NCBI GenBank assembly: GCA_965223335.1
Contig: OZ244991.1
Span: forward strand, 608,001-672,000
DNA length: 64,000 nt
Direction: 5' to 3'
From: Thermodesulfobacteriota bacterium
GTDB lineage: Bacteria; Desulfobacterota_D; UBA1144; Nemesobacterales; UBA2774
Shown: positions 9,740 to 18,887 of the stretch, piece after piece
How positions within the stretch are numbered: the first letter of the stretch is position 1
How the letters are laid out: each line of letters begins with the position of its first letter
The notes under the pieces: generated by a model
Seen by the model: the letters and a program-made list of their open reading frames with translations, nothing else
Databases searched by the model: none
Told to the model about the DNA's origin: nothing
Program-made: the position numbers and the translations under genes

Positions 9740-11278
9740 ATGGAAAAACCACAGAGCTGTATAGTCGTCATATTCGGCGCCTCGGGCGACCTTACCAAAC
9801 GCAAACTCATGCCCGCAATCTATGCACTTTACAGGCAGGGACTCTTACCCGACAGGTTTGCTATACTCGGGACCAGCCGCTCACCTTACACTGACGCCGC
9901 GTTCAGAAAAAAAATCGTGCAGGACGTTAAAACATATGCGGGGCTTAAGAAAAAAGACCTAAAGCAGCTCACGGCATTTTCCAAACATATCTATTACCAG
10001 GCGAACGATGCTACGAAGTTAAGCGACTATGACGACCTAAAGACAAAACTCGCATCCATAGATAAAGAACTTCGTATCGGTGGCAACTATATCTATTACC
10101 TCTCGACCTCGCCTTCACTCTATACCAAAATTGCCGAGAACTTAGGTGCTAAGGAGCTCCAGGTCGAGAAAAACGGCAAGCAGTGGAAGCGGATCATTAT
10201 CGAAAAACCCTTTGGGCGCGACCTGGTCTCAGCAAGGGCTCTAAACAAAGACCTGCAGCGCATTTTCTCGGAAGACCAGATATATCGTATCGACCACTAT
10301 CTGGGCAAAGAAACCGTACAAGACATATTTGCGTTTAGGTTCGCAAACGGTATTTTCGAGCCCCTTTGGAACCGCAACTACATAAGCCGTGTGGAGATAA
10401 CGGCTGCCGAGTCGATAGGGGTTGAGGAAAGAGGCGGATACTACGACCACTACGGGGCACTCCGAGACATGATACAAAACCACCTGCTTCAGGTCCTGGG
10501 CACAGTAGCCATAGAGCCTCCTTCAAAGTTCGATGCTACCTCGGTTCGAAACGAGACCGTGAAAATATTCCAGTCACTGCGCCCGATCGAGCCCCGGAAT
10601 GTGGCAAAATCGGTTGTACGCGGACAGTACATGGAATCCAAGATCAGGGGACAGAAAGTGACCGGCTACCGCCAGGAGCCCAACGTCGCGTCCGACTCGC
10701 GCACAGAGACCTTTGTCGCACTCAAGCTCTATATAGACAACTGGCGCTGGGGCAATGTGCCGTTTTACCTGCGCACAGGAAAGCGCCTGCCCACAAGGGT
10801 AAGCGAGGTAGTAATCCACTTTAAGAAAACCCCGCACCACCTTTTTACCGAGGCAGAGCTCTGCGATGCAAGCCCTAACCAACTCGTTATTCGCATACAG
10901 CCCGACGAAGGCATAATGCTTAACTTCGGTATGAAAAAGCCCGGCACAGGGTTCGATATTAAAGAGGTCGACATGGACTTTCATTACTCGGAACTTGCCG
11001 ATGCTTATATCCCAGAGGCATATGAGAGGCTCATATTGGACTGCATGTTTGGCGATGCCACACACTATGCCAGAGCCGACGCTGTCGAGGCCTGCTGGGA
11101 GTTTGTGGACCCGATACTGAGCGCATGGGAAAAGAGACCGAAGCTAAAGATCTACGGCTACCCTGCCGGTACATGGGGCCCCGACGAGGCCCGTCAACTG
11201 CTGTTTGACTGCCCTGATGACGATTGGAGATACCCCTGCAAGAACCTGGCATCGAGCGGAGAGTACTGCGAGTTATGA
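9740..11278 (+). CDS. zwf: Glucose-6-phosphate 1-dehydrogenase
   Basis: IFGASGDL, EKPFG, RIDHYLGKE, RDMIQNH. Confidence 0.97.
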   Translation: MEKPQSCIVVIFGASGDLTKRKLMPAIYALYRQGLLPDRFAILGTSRSPYTDAAFRKKIVQDVKTYAGLKKKDLKQLTAFSKHIYYQANDATKLSDYDDLKTKLASIDKELRIGGNYIYYLSTSPSLYTKIAENLGAKELQVEKNGKQWKRIIIEKPFGRDLVSARALNKDLQRIFSEDQIYRIDHYLGKETVQDIFAFRFANGIFEPLWNRNYISRVEITAAESIGVEERGGYYDHYGALRDMIQNHLLQVLGTVAIEPPSKFDATSVRNETVKIFQSLRPIEPRNVAKSVVRGQYMESKIRGQKVTGYRQEPNVASDSRTETFVALKLYIDNWRWGNVPFYLRTGKRLPTRVSEVVIHFKKTPHHLFTEAELCDASPNQLVIRIQPDEGIMLNFGMKKPGTGFDIKEVDMDFHYSELADAYIPEAYERLILDCMFGDATHYARADAVEACWEFVDPILSAWEKRPKLKIYGYPAGTWGPDEARQLLFDCPDDDWRYPCKNLASSGEYCEL

Positions 11279-11303
11279 TACAAAGTGAAAAGTAGGAGAT
11301 ATT

Positions 11304-12032
11304 TTGGAAATCTACTCATTTTCAGACCTAAATGATTTAGCATCCAAATTAGCCAGTGATTTTAATGATGCGGTCATGGCACATGCAAGGTCGGGTGTAC
11401 CGATTCATATTGCCCTTTCGGGCGGACACACCCCCAAAAAGTTCTTTGAACTACTCGCAAAACCCCCGTATCAAAACGGAATACCATGGGGCAATGTGAT
11501 CTTTTACTGGGGGGACGAGCGAATGGTACTACCAGATAACGATGAGAGCAACTATAAAATGACAAACGATTCCCTCCTATCACATATACACATCCCCCCT
11601 GACAATATAGAGCGGATCAGGGGTGAGGACCCTCCGCAAGAAGAGGTCGAGAGATATGAACAGGTGATAAAAAACACGGTCCCGTCTAATGACAATGACC
11701 TGCCCGAGTTCGACTGGGTTCTTTTAGGGATGGGGGACGACGGCCACACTGCGTCTCTTTTCCCGGGTGCAGACACTTTGAACGAGACCGAGCGGGTCTG
11801 TGTGGTAGCTACGCATCCCCAATCGGGCCAAAAACGTATTAGCATCACACTCCCAGTAATCAACAATGCAAAGCGGGTATCGTTTCTTGTTTCCGGGTCT
11901 GCCAAAACCCCGGTACTAAAAGAAATCCTTCAGGCTAAGGGCACCTCACTACCCTACCCGGCTTCCATGGTAAAACCCTCTCAAGGCACACTCGAATGGT
12001 ATGTGGACAAAGAAGCCGCCCCGTGGTTATAA
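11304..12032 (+). CDS. pgl: 6-phosphogluconolactonase
   Basis: ALSGGHTP, WGDER, LGMGDDGHTASLFP. Confidence 0.95.
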   Translation: MEIYSFSDLNDLASKLASDFNDAVMAHARSGVPIHIALSGGHTPKKFFELLAKPPYQNGIPWGNVIFYWGDERMVLPDNDESNYKMTNDSLLSHIHIPPDNIERIRGEDPPQEEVERYEQVIKNTVPSNDNDLPEFDWVLLGMGDDGHTASLFPGADTLNETERVCVVATHPQSGQKRISITLPVINNAKRVSFLVSGSAKTPVLKEILQAKGTSLPYPASMVKPSQGTLEWYVDKEAAPWL

Positions 12033-13349
12033 CCATATGTAGCGGGCCACGAATAAAATTGCAAACAGGTGAATGAGCCAGTGTACGTTACGTGCCCGTC
12101 CCGTAGCTATCTTCAATAACACATAGGATATAACCCCAAATGAGATCCCCTCGGTGATGCTAAACGCAAGAGGCATCATCACCATTGTCAGAAACGCGGG
12201 GATAGACTCGGTGTAGTCGCCCCATTCTATATTAACGACATTACGCATCATGAGACTACCCACGATAATGAGCGCCGGTGCGATCACAGGATAGAGTTTG
12301 ACACCACTTGCTAGGGTATAAGGGGCCCCAACCATCTCGACAAGGGGGCTAAAGAAAATGGCCAAGAGGAATAAACACGCGACTGTTAAAGCCGTTAATC
12401 CAGTCCTCCCTCCGGCTGATATACCGGAGCTGCTCTCTATATAACTTGTGACAGTAGATGTTCCCAGCAATGCACCCACCCATGTGGCTACAGCATCGGA
12501 AAGGAGTGCTTGACGGGCCCGGGGCAGCTTGCCGTTCTTCATCAATCCGGCCTGTTCACTGACCCCTATCAATGTGCCTACAGAATCAAATAGGTCGAGG
12601 AAAAGAAAAATGAATACAACTGTTATCATCCTAGGGTCTGTAAACAGCTTGGCGATCTCAAGCTTAAACAATGTCGGTGTTAGAGAAGGCGGGGCAGAAG
12701 CAACACCTTTAAATTCAACTACTCCCGCTAACAAGCCTGCAAGTACAGTTACTATGAGTCCTACAAATATTGCGCCCCGGAACTTAAGCGCAAACAACAC
12801 AGCCATCATCAATAAACCCAGTACGGTGATCAAGGTCGGGGTCGATTTGAGGTCCCCAAGAGTCACGTAGGTGGTGGGATGGCCGACAACAATTCCCGAC
12901 CACTCAAGCCCCACTAGTGCAATAAGTAATCCTATTCCCACCGGTATACCGCTCTTTAGACAACCCGGCAGAGCATTAATCAATGTATCCCTTAGCCCTA
13001 CGGTAGAAAGCAGAGTAAATATCACGCCGGATATAAACACCGCCCCCAGTGCCTGCTGCCATGTGTACCCGAGCGTCAACACTACAATATATGTGAAGTA
13101 AAAGTTATGGCCCATCGCAGGCGCCTGCGCTATAGGATAGTTAGCCAAATACGCCATCAACACCGTGCCCACCGCACTCGCAATACAGGTGGCGACAAGC
13201 ACAGCACCCGGGTCCATACCCGCCGCTCCCATGACCGCGGGCTGCACAAATATGATGTAGCACATGGTCATAAACGTAGTTGCACCTGCCAAAAGTTCGG
13301 TGCCGGGATTAGTATTGTTGTCGGATAGGTTGAAAAGTCGTTCGAACAT
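12027..13349 (-). CDS. NCS2/AzgA-type purine (adenine/guanine/hypoxanthine) permease
   Basis: AGATTFMTMCYI, APAMG, DLFDSVGT, YIESSSG, GGRTGL; many transmembrane segments. Confidence 0.9.
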   Translation of the reverse strand: MFERLFNLSDNNTNPGTELLAGATTFMTMCYIIFVQPAVMGAAGMDPGAVLVATCIASAVGTVLMAYLANYPIAQAPAMGHNFYFTYIVVLTLGYTWQQALGAVFISGVIFTLLSTVGLRDTLINALPGCLKSGIPVGIGLLIALVGLEWSGIVVGHPTTYVTLGDLKSTPTLITVLGLLMMAVLFALKFRGAIFVGLIVTVLAGLLAGVVEFKGVASAPPSLTPTLFKLEIAKLFTDPRMITVVFIFLFLDLFDSVGTLIGVSEQAGLMKNGKLPRARQALLSDAVATWVGALLGTSTVTSYIESSSGISAGGRTGLTALTVACLFLLAIFFSPLVEMVGAPYTLASGVKLYPVIAPALIIVGSLMMRNVVNIEWGDYTESIPAFLTMVMMPLAFSITEGISFGVISYVLLKIATGRARNVHWLIHLFAILFVARYIWL

Positions 13350-13522
13350 CTATGTTATTTAGCCGATTGCGTTTAGATGAAACCCCATTATCGCACAACC
13401 TATATCGCAATTCAATTCTATGCGTGCGAGGACGAAGTATGTTATTTAATGAGATTAAAAAGTATAATAGCTCCTCAAGCACAGTATAAAAACACAGTGC
13501 TTAGGGATGGTTAAAGATATTT

Positions 13523-14275
13523 ATGCCTGAGTATATCGAGCTATTGATACTATTTGGAGTCGGGCTGCTTGCAGGCTTGTTAAATGTACTCGCAGGGGGG
13601 GGCTCAAGTATTACACTTCCCGTGCTTATATTTCTCGGCCTCGACGGCAGTGTAGCGAACGGTACCAACAGAGTAGCTATACTCTTGCAAAACATCTTTG
13701 CCACAGCCTCATATCATAAACAGAAAGTCACTCGGCTCCGTATGAGTATGACACTCGCCACACTTACACTGCCGGGAGCAATCATTGGGGCACTCGCAGC
13801 TACTCGGATCTCAAATGAGTGGTTCGAGAGAATTTTAGGAGTTGTACTGATCGCCATAATCATTTCCATGTTTTTACCGCAGAACAAATTCTCTGGCGAC
13901 ACACTTAGCGAAGAAGGCGATAAAAACTGGTTGGTCTACCCCGCTATGTTTGCAATAGGGTTTTATGGGGGGTTCATACAGGTAGGTGTAGGGTTTCTTA
14001 TCATGGCCGCACTCTATCACCTGCTTAAAATGAACCTTGTATTCGTTAACATACACAAGGTTTTTATCATTCTCTTGTACACCATCCCTGCACTGTTGAT
14101 ATTCATTTTTACCGGTAATGTGGACTGGAAATTCGGTTTGTCACTGGCAGCAGGCAACGCATTGGGGGGCTACGGGGCGGCTCACCTTTCGCTAAAACAC
14201 GGTGTGGAGTTCATACGATACGCTTTGATTATCGCAATACTAGTCATGGCAGCTAAGCTGCTAGGGCTATTCTGA
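13523..14275 (+). CDS. Sulfite exporter TauE/SafE (TSUP) family membrane protein
   Basis: LAGGGS...ANGTNR and GFYGGFIQVGVG; about 8 hydrophobic segments. Confidence 0.85.
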   Translation: MPEYIELLILFGVGLLAGLLNVLAGGGSSITLPVLIFLGLDGSVANGTNRVAILLQNIFATASYHKQKVTRLRMSMTLATLTLPGAIIGALAATRISNEWFERILGVVLIAIIISMFLPQNKFSGDTLSEEGDKNWLVYPAMFAIGFYGGFIQVGVGFLIMAALYHLLKMNLVFVNIHKVFIILLYTIPALLIFIFTGNVDWKFGLSLAAGNALGGYGAAHLSLKHGVEFIRYALIIAILVMAAKLLGLF

Positions 14276-14325
14276 TGCTACTTAAGGATTAATATGCAAT
14301 AAAATAATTTGGGGAGGCTATAGAT

Positions 14326-14925
14326 ATGAAGTTGCCAGAGCTCATCAAATCTATAGAGGATAAGAGCAGAGAGAGACCCTATATCATCGCACTAGAGGGA
14401 ATAATCGGTAGCGGTAAGAGTTATGAGGCAGACAAGATCACACATGAGCTCAGGGGTAACAACCTCAATATCAGCACCGATCTATTTGTAACTGTCGCAC
14501 GACACGAGTGGACTGAGAGACTTGGCAAACCCAATTTGGACCTAAGAGAGTGGTACGACCTCGAGAAGATTCGTAGAGCTTTGCAATCAATTAAAAACAG
14601 AGAGGCTTTCACTATTTATGGACTTTACAATGTATCAGATGGTGAATTCGATGATGAATGCGATGTGGATGCGAGAGTTTGCAACTATGCGATCTTGGAA
14701 GGTCTCTTCTCTTGCGATGAATATCTAGACGGACTAGTCGACATAAAAGTGTTTTTAGATGTATCTCTGGAAACCGCTATGAAACGTGCCGAACATAGGG
14801 ATGAAACCGTACGCCATATGGACCGTCACGGTTGGGAACTAAAGAAAAATATTTTTTATGACCACTACCTACCTTACCTGGAGTCACATAGAACAAGGGC
14901 AGATGTGATCCTAGAGGTCGAATAA
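14326..14925 (+). CDS. P-loop kinase, uridine kinase/phosphoribulokinase-like
   Basis: IIALEGIIGSGKS Walker A, ILEGLF, DIKVFLDV; SD GGAGG. Confidence 0.65.
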   Translation: MKLPELIKSIEDKSRERPYIIALEGIIGSGKSYEADKITHELRGNNLNISTDLFVTVARHEWTERLGKPNLDLREWYDLEKIRRALQSIKNREAFTIYGLYNVSDGEFDDECDVDARVCNYAILEGLFSCDEYLDGLVDIKVFLDVSLETAMKRAEHRDETVRHMDRHGWELKKNIFYDHYLPYLESHRTRADVILEVE

Positions 14926-14967
14926 TTTTTCATTTCATATACTTTGAAAACAACTTGGGCTCTGTAA

Positions 14968-15756
14968 TTATGTGTGCTCGTGGTCATGGCCGTGTGCGTG
15001 ACCCAGATACACTGCTAATGCGCCACCTTCCACAAAAATGGTCTGACCTGTGATATATTCCGCATCATCTGATGCAAACATGATAGCGGGTGGCACCATC
15101 TCTTCTGGCCTTGCCAACCGCCCTTCGGGGATACCCTCTGCCTGCCAGTCTCTGTACTTGGTATCCTTGGATGCAGACATTGGAGTCACAGTCGAACCAG
15201 GGCCTATACAGTTAACAGTGATGCGATGACTGGCCAAGTCTGCCCCAAGCACACGCGTCATATGTATAACACCTGCTTTTGCGACGTGATAAGCAAGTGA
15301 TACCGGGTGAAAATCCATCACACCCGCGACCGAGCCTATGTTTATAATCCTGCCTCCATGTCCCTGCTCGACCATCTGTTTTGCCACAGTCTGAGTCAGG
15401 AAAAACAGGCCTTTAAGGCTTATATCCATTATCTTGTCCCAGCTCTCTGGGGTCACCTCGAATATATCCTCTCGCCTAGAATACCCGGCATCATTTATCA
15501 AAATATCGACCTTGCCATATTCGTCGAGAGTTTTCTGTAAAAGGTGTTTGTGGTCGTTCAGGTTAGATACGTCCATTGTATCATATATGGCCGAACCCCC
15601 AGCCGAGTTGATCTCGTCTGCTACCTCTATGCATTTATCCTCATGCAGAGCGGCTATAACTACCTTTGCCCCTTCCTTCGCAAATCCCAGTGTTATGGCC
15701 TTGCCGATCCCAGATGACCCGCCTGTGATGATTGCAACCTTATCCTTAAGCCTCAT
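14968..15756 (-). CDS. Classical short-chain dehydrogenase/reductase with His-rich C-terminus
   Basis: TGGSSGIG, INDAG, YHVAK (YxxxK), YITGQTIFVEGG. Confidence 0.9.
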   Translation of the reverse strand: MRLKDKVAIITGGSSGIGKAITLGFAKEGAKVVIAALHEDKCIEVADEINSAGGSAIYDTMDVSNLNDHKHLLQKTLDEYGKVDILINDAGYSRREDIFEVTPESWDKIMDISLKGLFFLTQTVAKQMVEQGHGGRIINIGSVAGVMDFHPVSLAYHVAKAGVIHMTRVLGADLASHRITVNCIGPGSTVTPMSASKDTKYRDWQAEGIPEGRLARPEEMVPPAIMFASDDAEYITGQTIFVEGGALAVYLGHAHGHDHEHT

Positions 15757-15930
15757 ATATCTACCCCCGATCGATTAGGCTCTGGCTGAGACAACCGCCT
15801 TATTCAACTAACTTGCATATACTAACACAAACCCGTTAGCTTTAGCCAATCGGCTCTTAACAATAGATATTCTCCCTAAGCCGGATATATTATTACAAAC
15901 AGCAGTTACATAGTTCAAAGGATATATTGA

Positions 15931-16878
15931 ATGCGAGTAATAGTTGCGAAACCCAGGGGGTTTTGCGCCGGGGTAGACAGAGCGATAGAGATTGTGGAGA
16001 AGGCGCTTGAGATGTACGGCCCTCCTATCTACGTCCGTCATGCCATCGTACACAACAAACGTGTTGTCGAGTCGCTCAAGCAAAAGGGTGTGAAGTTTGT
16101 TGAGGACCTGGAGGAGATAGACGATAAAGGGGCAAAAGTTATTTTCAGTGCACATGGGGTTAGCCCTGTGGTCTGGGAGGACGCTAAACACAAAAGGCTA
16201 GAGGTCGTGGATGCTGTGTGCCCGCTTGTTACAAAGGTACATAGCGAGGTCAAACACTATGCCGATCTCGGCTACACCATCATTCTAATAGGACACCGTA
16301 ACCACGTAGAGGTAATAGGAACCAGTGGCGAAGCCCCAGATAAGGTAGTCGTTGTTGAATCGGTCGAGGAGGCCACAGAAATCATTGTGCCGGACCCTGA
16401 TAAGGTAGCATATGTATCGCAGACCACACTAAGCGTCGATGACACCCGCGAGATAGTAGACACACTTAAAAATAGGTTCCCCAATATCATAAGCCCTTCC
16501 AAACTCGATATATGCTATGCGACCCAAAACCGCCAGGACGCCGTTAAAGCCCTTGCTAAAGAAAGCGATATGATATTCATAATGGGTTCGCCCGAGAGCT
16601 CAAACTCGAACCGTCTCGTAGAGGTAGCCAAAGCAAGCGGTGTTTCCGAGGCATACTTAATTGAGGGAGCGGACAACCTGGATCAAGAGATGTTTAGTGA
16701 CGATATGGTAATAGGGCTTAGCTCCGGTGCTTCTACCCCCGAGACAGTAGTGCTCGAGGTAATTACTAAGCTAAGAGAATTTGGGGCCGATAGCGTAGAG
16801 GAGCTGGACGGCAAGGAAGAACACACTCGCTTCCCCTTCCCTGAGACGTTGGCGTTCACCACCCCTAACCAACCCTAA
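15931..16878 (+). CDS. ispH: 4-hydroxy-3-methylbut-2-enyl diphosphate reductase
   Basis: PRGFCAGV, IVHN, AHG, DAVCPLV, SQTT, DICYATQNRQ, SSNS, GASTP. Confidence 0.97.
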   Translation: MRVIVAKPRGFCAGVDRAIEIVEKALEMYGPPIYVRHAIVHNKRVVESLKQKGVKFVEDLEEIDDKGAKVIFSAHGVSPVVWEDAKHKRLEVVDAVCPLVTKVHSEVKHYADLGYTIILIGHRNHVEVIGTSGEAPDKVVVVESVEEATEIIVPDPDKVAYVSQTTLSVDDTREIVDTLKNRFPNIISPSKLDICYATQNRQDAVKALAKESDMIFIMGSPESSNSNRLVEVAKASGVSEAYLIEGADNLDQEMFSDDMVIGLSSGASTPETVVLEVITKLREFGADSVEELDGKEEHTRFPFPETLAFTTPNQP

Positions 16879-16879
16879 A

Positions 16880-17653
16880 TTACTTCACTGGTACATCGCT
16901 CAAGGAACGATAATGCTCCCTGGCATATTCATAGCTAGCTAGAGTGCCTATATCAAGCACATCTCCCACCACCCTAAATGCATAAAAATCAGCTTCAGCA
17001 ACCAGGTGGGAGACCATGTGCCCGATCTCGTCCTTATTTTGGTTTTGGCCGCAATATTCGAGCGCTAGATCAAACGTGTCTGAACTCAAGAAATAGAACG
17101 CGGGGCATTTCCAATTAGATGGGGGATTAGACGGTTTTTCATGGAAACCTAGAACACGGTCATCGGAATCAAGCTCTAGCACTCCCGTCCTGTTAAGCAA
17201 TATCGGATCGGTCTCCTCGACTGCAAATAAATAATTACGACCAGTCGTCTCAAACTTTTGATAATATGGCTTAATTGAGAAACTGAAAATGTTATCACAA
17301 GCTGCAACTATTAGACCCGAACCGGTATAACTCTCTTTAAACTCATTGGATTCTAATGCGAATCGCAAATCACCTACAGCACCGAGCCTCTTATCATAGG
17401 AACTAACCCCGTCATTTAGAATATGAATATTGAATCCTCTATCTCGCCACTGTGTGCTCCATAAGTCCATCTGATTTATGAATTTTCCATTAGATACTAC
17501 GTAAATAGATTCCAACGAATCAAAATCCACTAGTTGCTCAACCAGATGATTGATTACCGGTCTACTCGCGATCGGCAACAACGGTTTAGGTTGATTTTCT
17601 GTGAGGGGATACATCCTTGTAGCAAACCCGGCCGCGAGCAAAACAGCTATCAT
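16880..17653 (-). CDS. Sugar-1-phosphate nucleotidyltransferase (NTP_transferase domain only)
   Basis: LLAAGFATRMYPLT..PKPLL, FHEKP, DIGT; 4-nt overlap with the upstream kinase. Confidence 0.88.
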   Translation of the reverse strand: MIAVLLAAGFATRMYPLTENQPKPLLPIASRPVINHLVEQLVDFDSLESIYVVSNGKFINQMDLWSTQWRDRGFNIHILNDGVSSYDKRLGAVGDLRFALESNEFKESYTGSGLIVAACDNIFSFSIKPYYQKFETTGRNYLFAVEETDPILLNRTGVLELDSDDRVLGFHEKPSNPPSNWKCPAFYFLSSDTFDLALEYCGQNQNKDEIGHMVSHLVAEADFYAFRVVGDVLDIGTLASYEYAREHYRSLSDVPVK

Positions 17654-18849
17654 ATAAACCGTACCCCGTCGTCCGAAACAGCGAAATATACGGCTGCATC
17701 ACCCTCGTATTCAGGGAATTTTCGTACATAACTCTCCAGAATCGAAGACGCGTCACTATCCGAAAAATCAGGATGAACCAACGCCACTACAGAGCCCCCG
17801 TAACCACCACCGCTAAACCTGCTGCCATAAACGAGGTCGTGCTCAGACATTAATTTATGAATAGAACTTAGCTCCTCGGACCCTGCCTCGTAATCATCCA
17901 GCGAGCTTCTGCAAGACTCGTTCATGAGTCTACCAAAACCCTCATAATCGCCACAGTCCCAAGCCCCGAGTCCAAGCCCTACTCTCTTTACCTCCGTAAA
18001 AAAGTGCCTTGCACGCCTCAGTAACAGGTCCGGCAGTCTCTTGGAATTTTGCTCGAAAACCTCGTGCGGTATATCCGCAAGTTTTTCAGGTGACTCAACT
18101 CTACCCATCATCCCCAAGAGCATCGCGGCCTCCTTACACTCTTTAACCCTCGCATTGAACCCCGAAGATGTGAGCTCCCTCTTTGTACCCGAGTATAGGA
18201 TAAGGATTTTATAGTCGTTCCCCCTGTCCCGGGCCGGATGACTCTCGACCTCACCCGAGATAGTGTCGATATGGAGGAGGCTATCCTTCCTTCCATATGC
18301 TATAGATGACTGGTCCAAAATGCCGTTTTGAAGCCCCAGATAGTCATTTTCAATTCTCCTATCCAGCTCCACATACTCTGATGGAGAGAGCTCGAGTCCG
18401 TTTACACCTGCCAAAGCCCAGAGACTGCATATACCGAGTGAAGCTGAGGAGCTAAGCCCGCTTGCGGGCAGGTCCCCTCTCACAACCCCCACAAAACCGT
18501 TTTTTAGTTCTGTGTGTTCCAATAGAATTGCTGCCCCGCCCCTTATGTAGCGGCCCCAATCATCCCTGCCAGTGCGTTTGATGTTATCTAGATTGAACTC
18601 CGTTATTCCCGGATAATTCATGCTGTATAAACGTATGCGCGGCTCGGGCACAGAGAAATAAGCCATGACGGTAGCAGCATCAATGGTCATGCCCAGAACC
18701 GGGCCACCTTGGTGATCTATATGTGCGCCAAGCGGGGAGATTCGGTAAGGGGATACAATAAAGCTTAGTCGAGAGTTATCTATCCTCTCACGTTTAGAGA
18801 GGTGATTCTTTAACTCCTCTATCTTAATGTCTATGGGCTTGAATCTCAT
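17650..18849 (-). CDS. GHMP sugar kinase, galacturonokinase (plant GalAK)-like
   Basis: SPYRISPLGAHIDHQGG, PASGLSSSA, IENDYLGLQNGILDQ, GSRFSGGGYGG. Confidence 0.8.
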   Translation of the reverse strand: MRFKPIDIKIEELKNHLSKRERIDNSRLSFIVSPYRISPLGAHIDHQGGPVLGMTIDAATVMAYFSVPEPRIRLYSMNYPGITEFNLDNIKRTGRDDWGRYIRGGAAILLEHTELKNGFVGVVRGDLPASGLSSSASLGICSLWALAGVNGLELSPSEYVELDRRIENDYLGLQNGILDQSSIAYGRKDSLLHIDTISGEVESHPARDRGNDYKILILYSGTKRELTSSGFNARVKECKEAAMLLGMMGRVESPEKLADIPHEVFEQNSKRLPDLLLRRARHFFTEVKRVGLGLGAWDCGDYEGFGRLMNESCRSSLDDYEAGSEELSSIHKLMSEHDLVYGSRFSGGGYGGSVVALVHPDFSDSDASSILESYVRKFPEYEGDAAVYFAVSDDGVRFI

Positions 18850-18887
18850 TTCGGACTCTATCGATGATTAAAGCCTAATGCCAGACT

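Noticed and set aside
12027..12032. pgl and NCS2 stop codons sharing TTATAA
   Set aside because: Ordinary tight convergent packing.
13350..13522. Purine riboswitch upstream of the NCS2 permease
   Set aside because: No recognisable aptamer core; the leader looks short.
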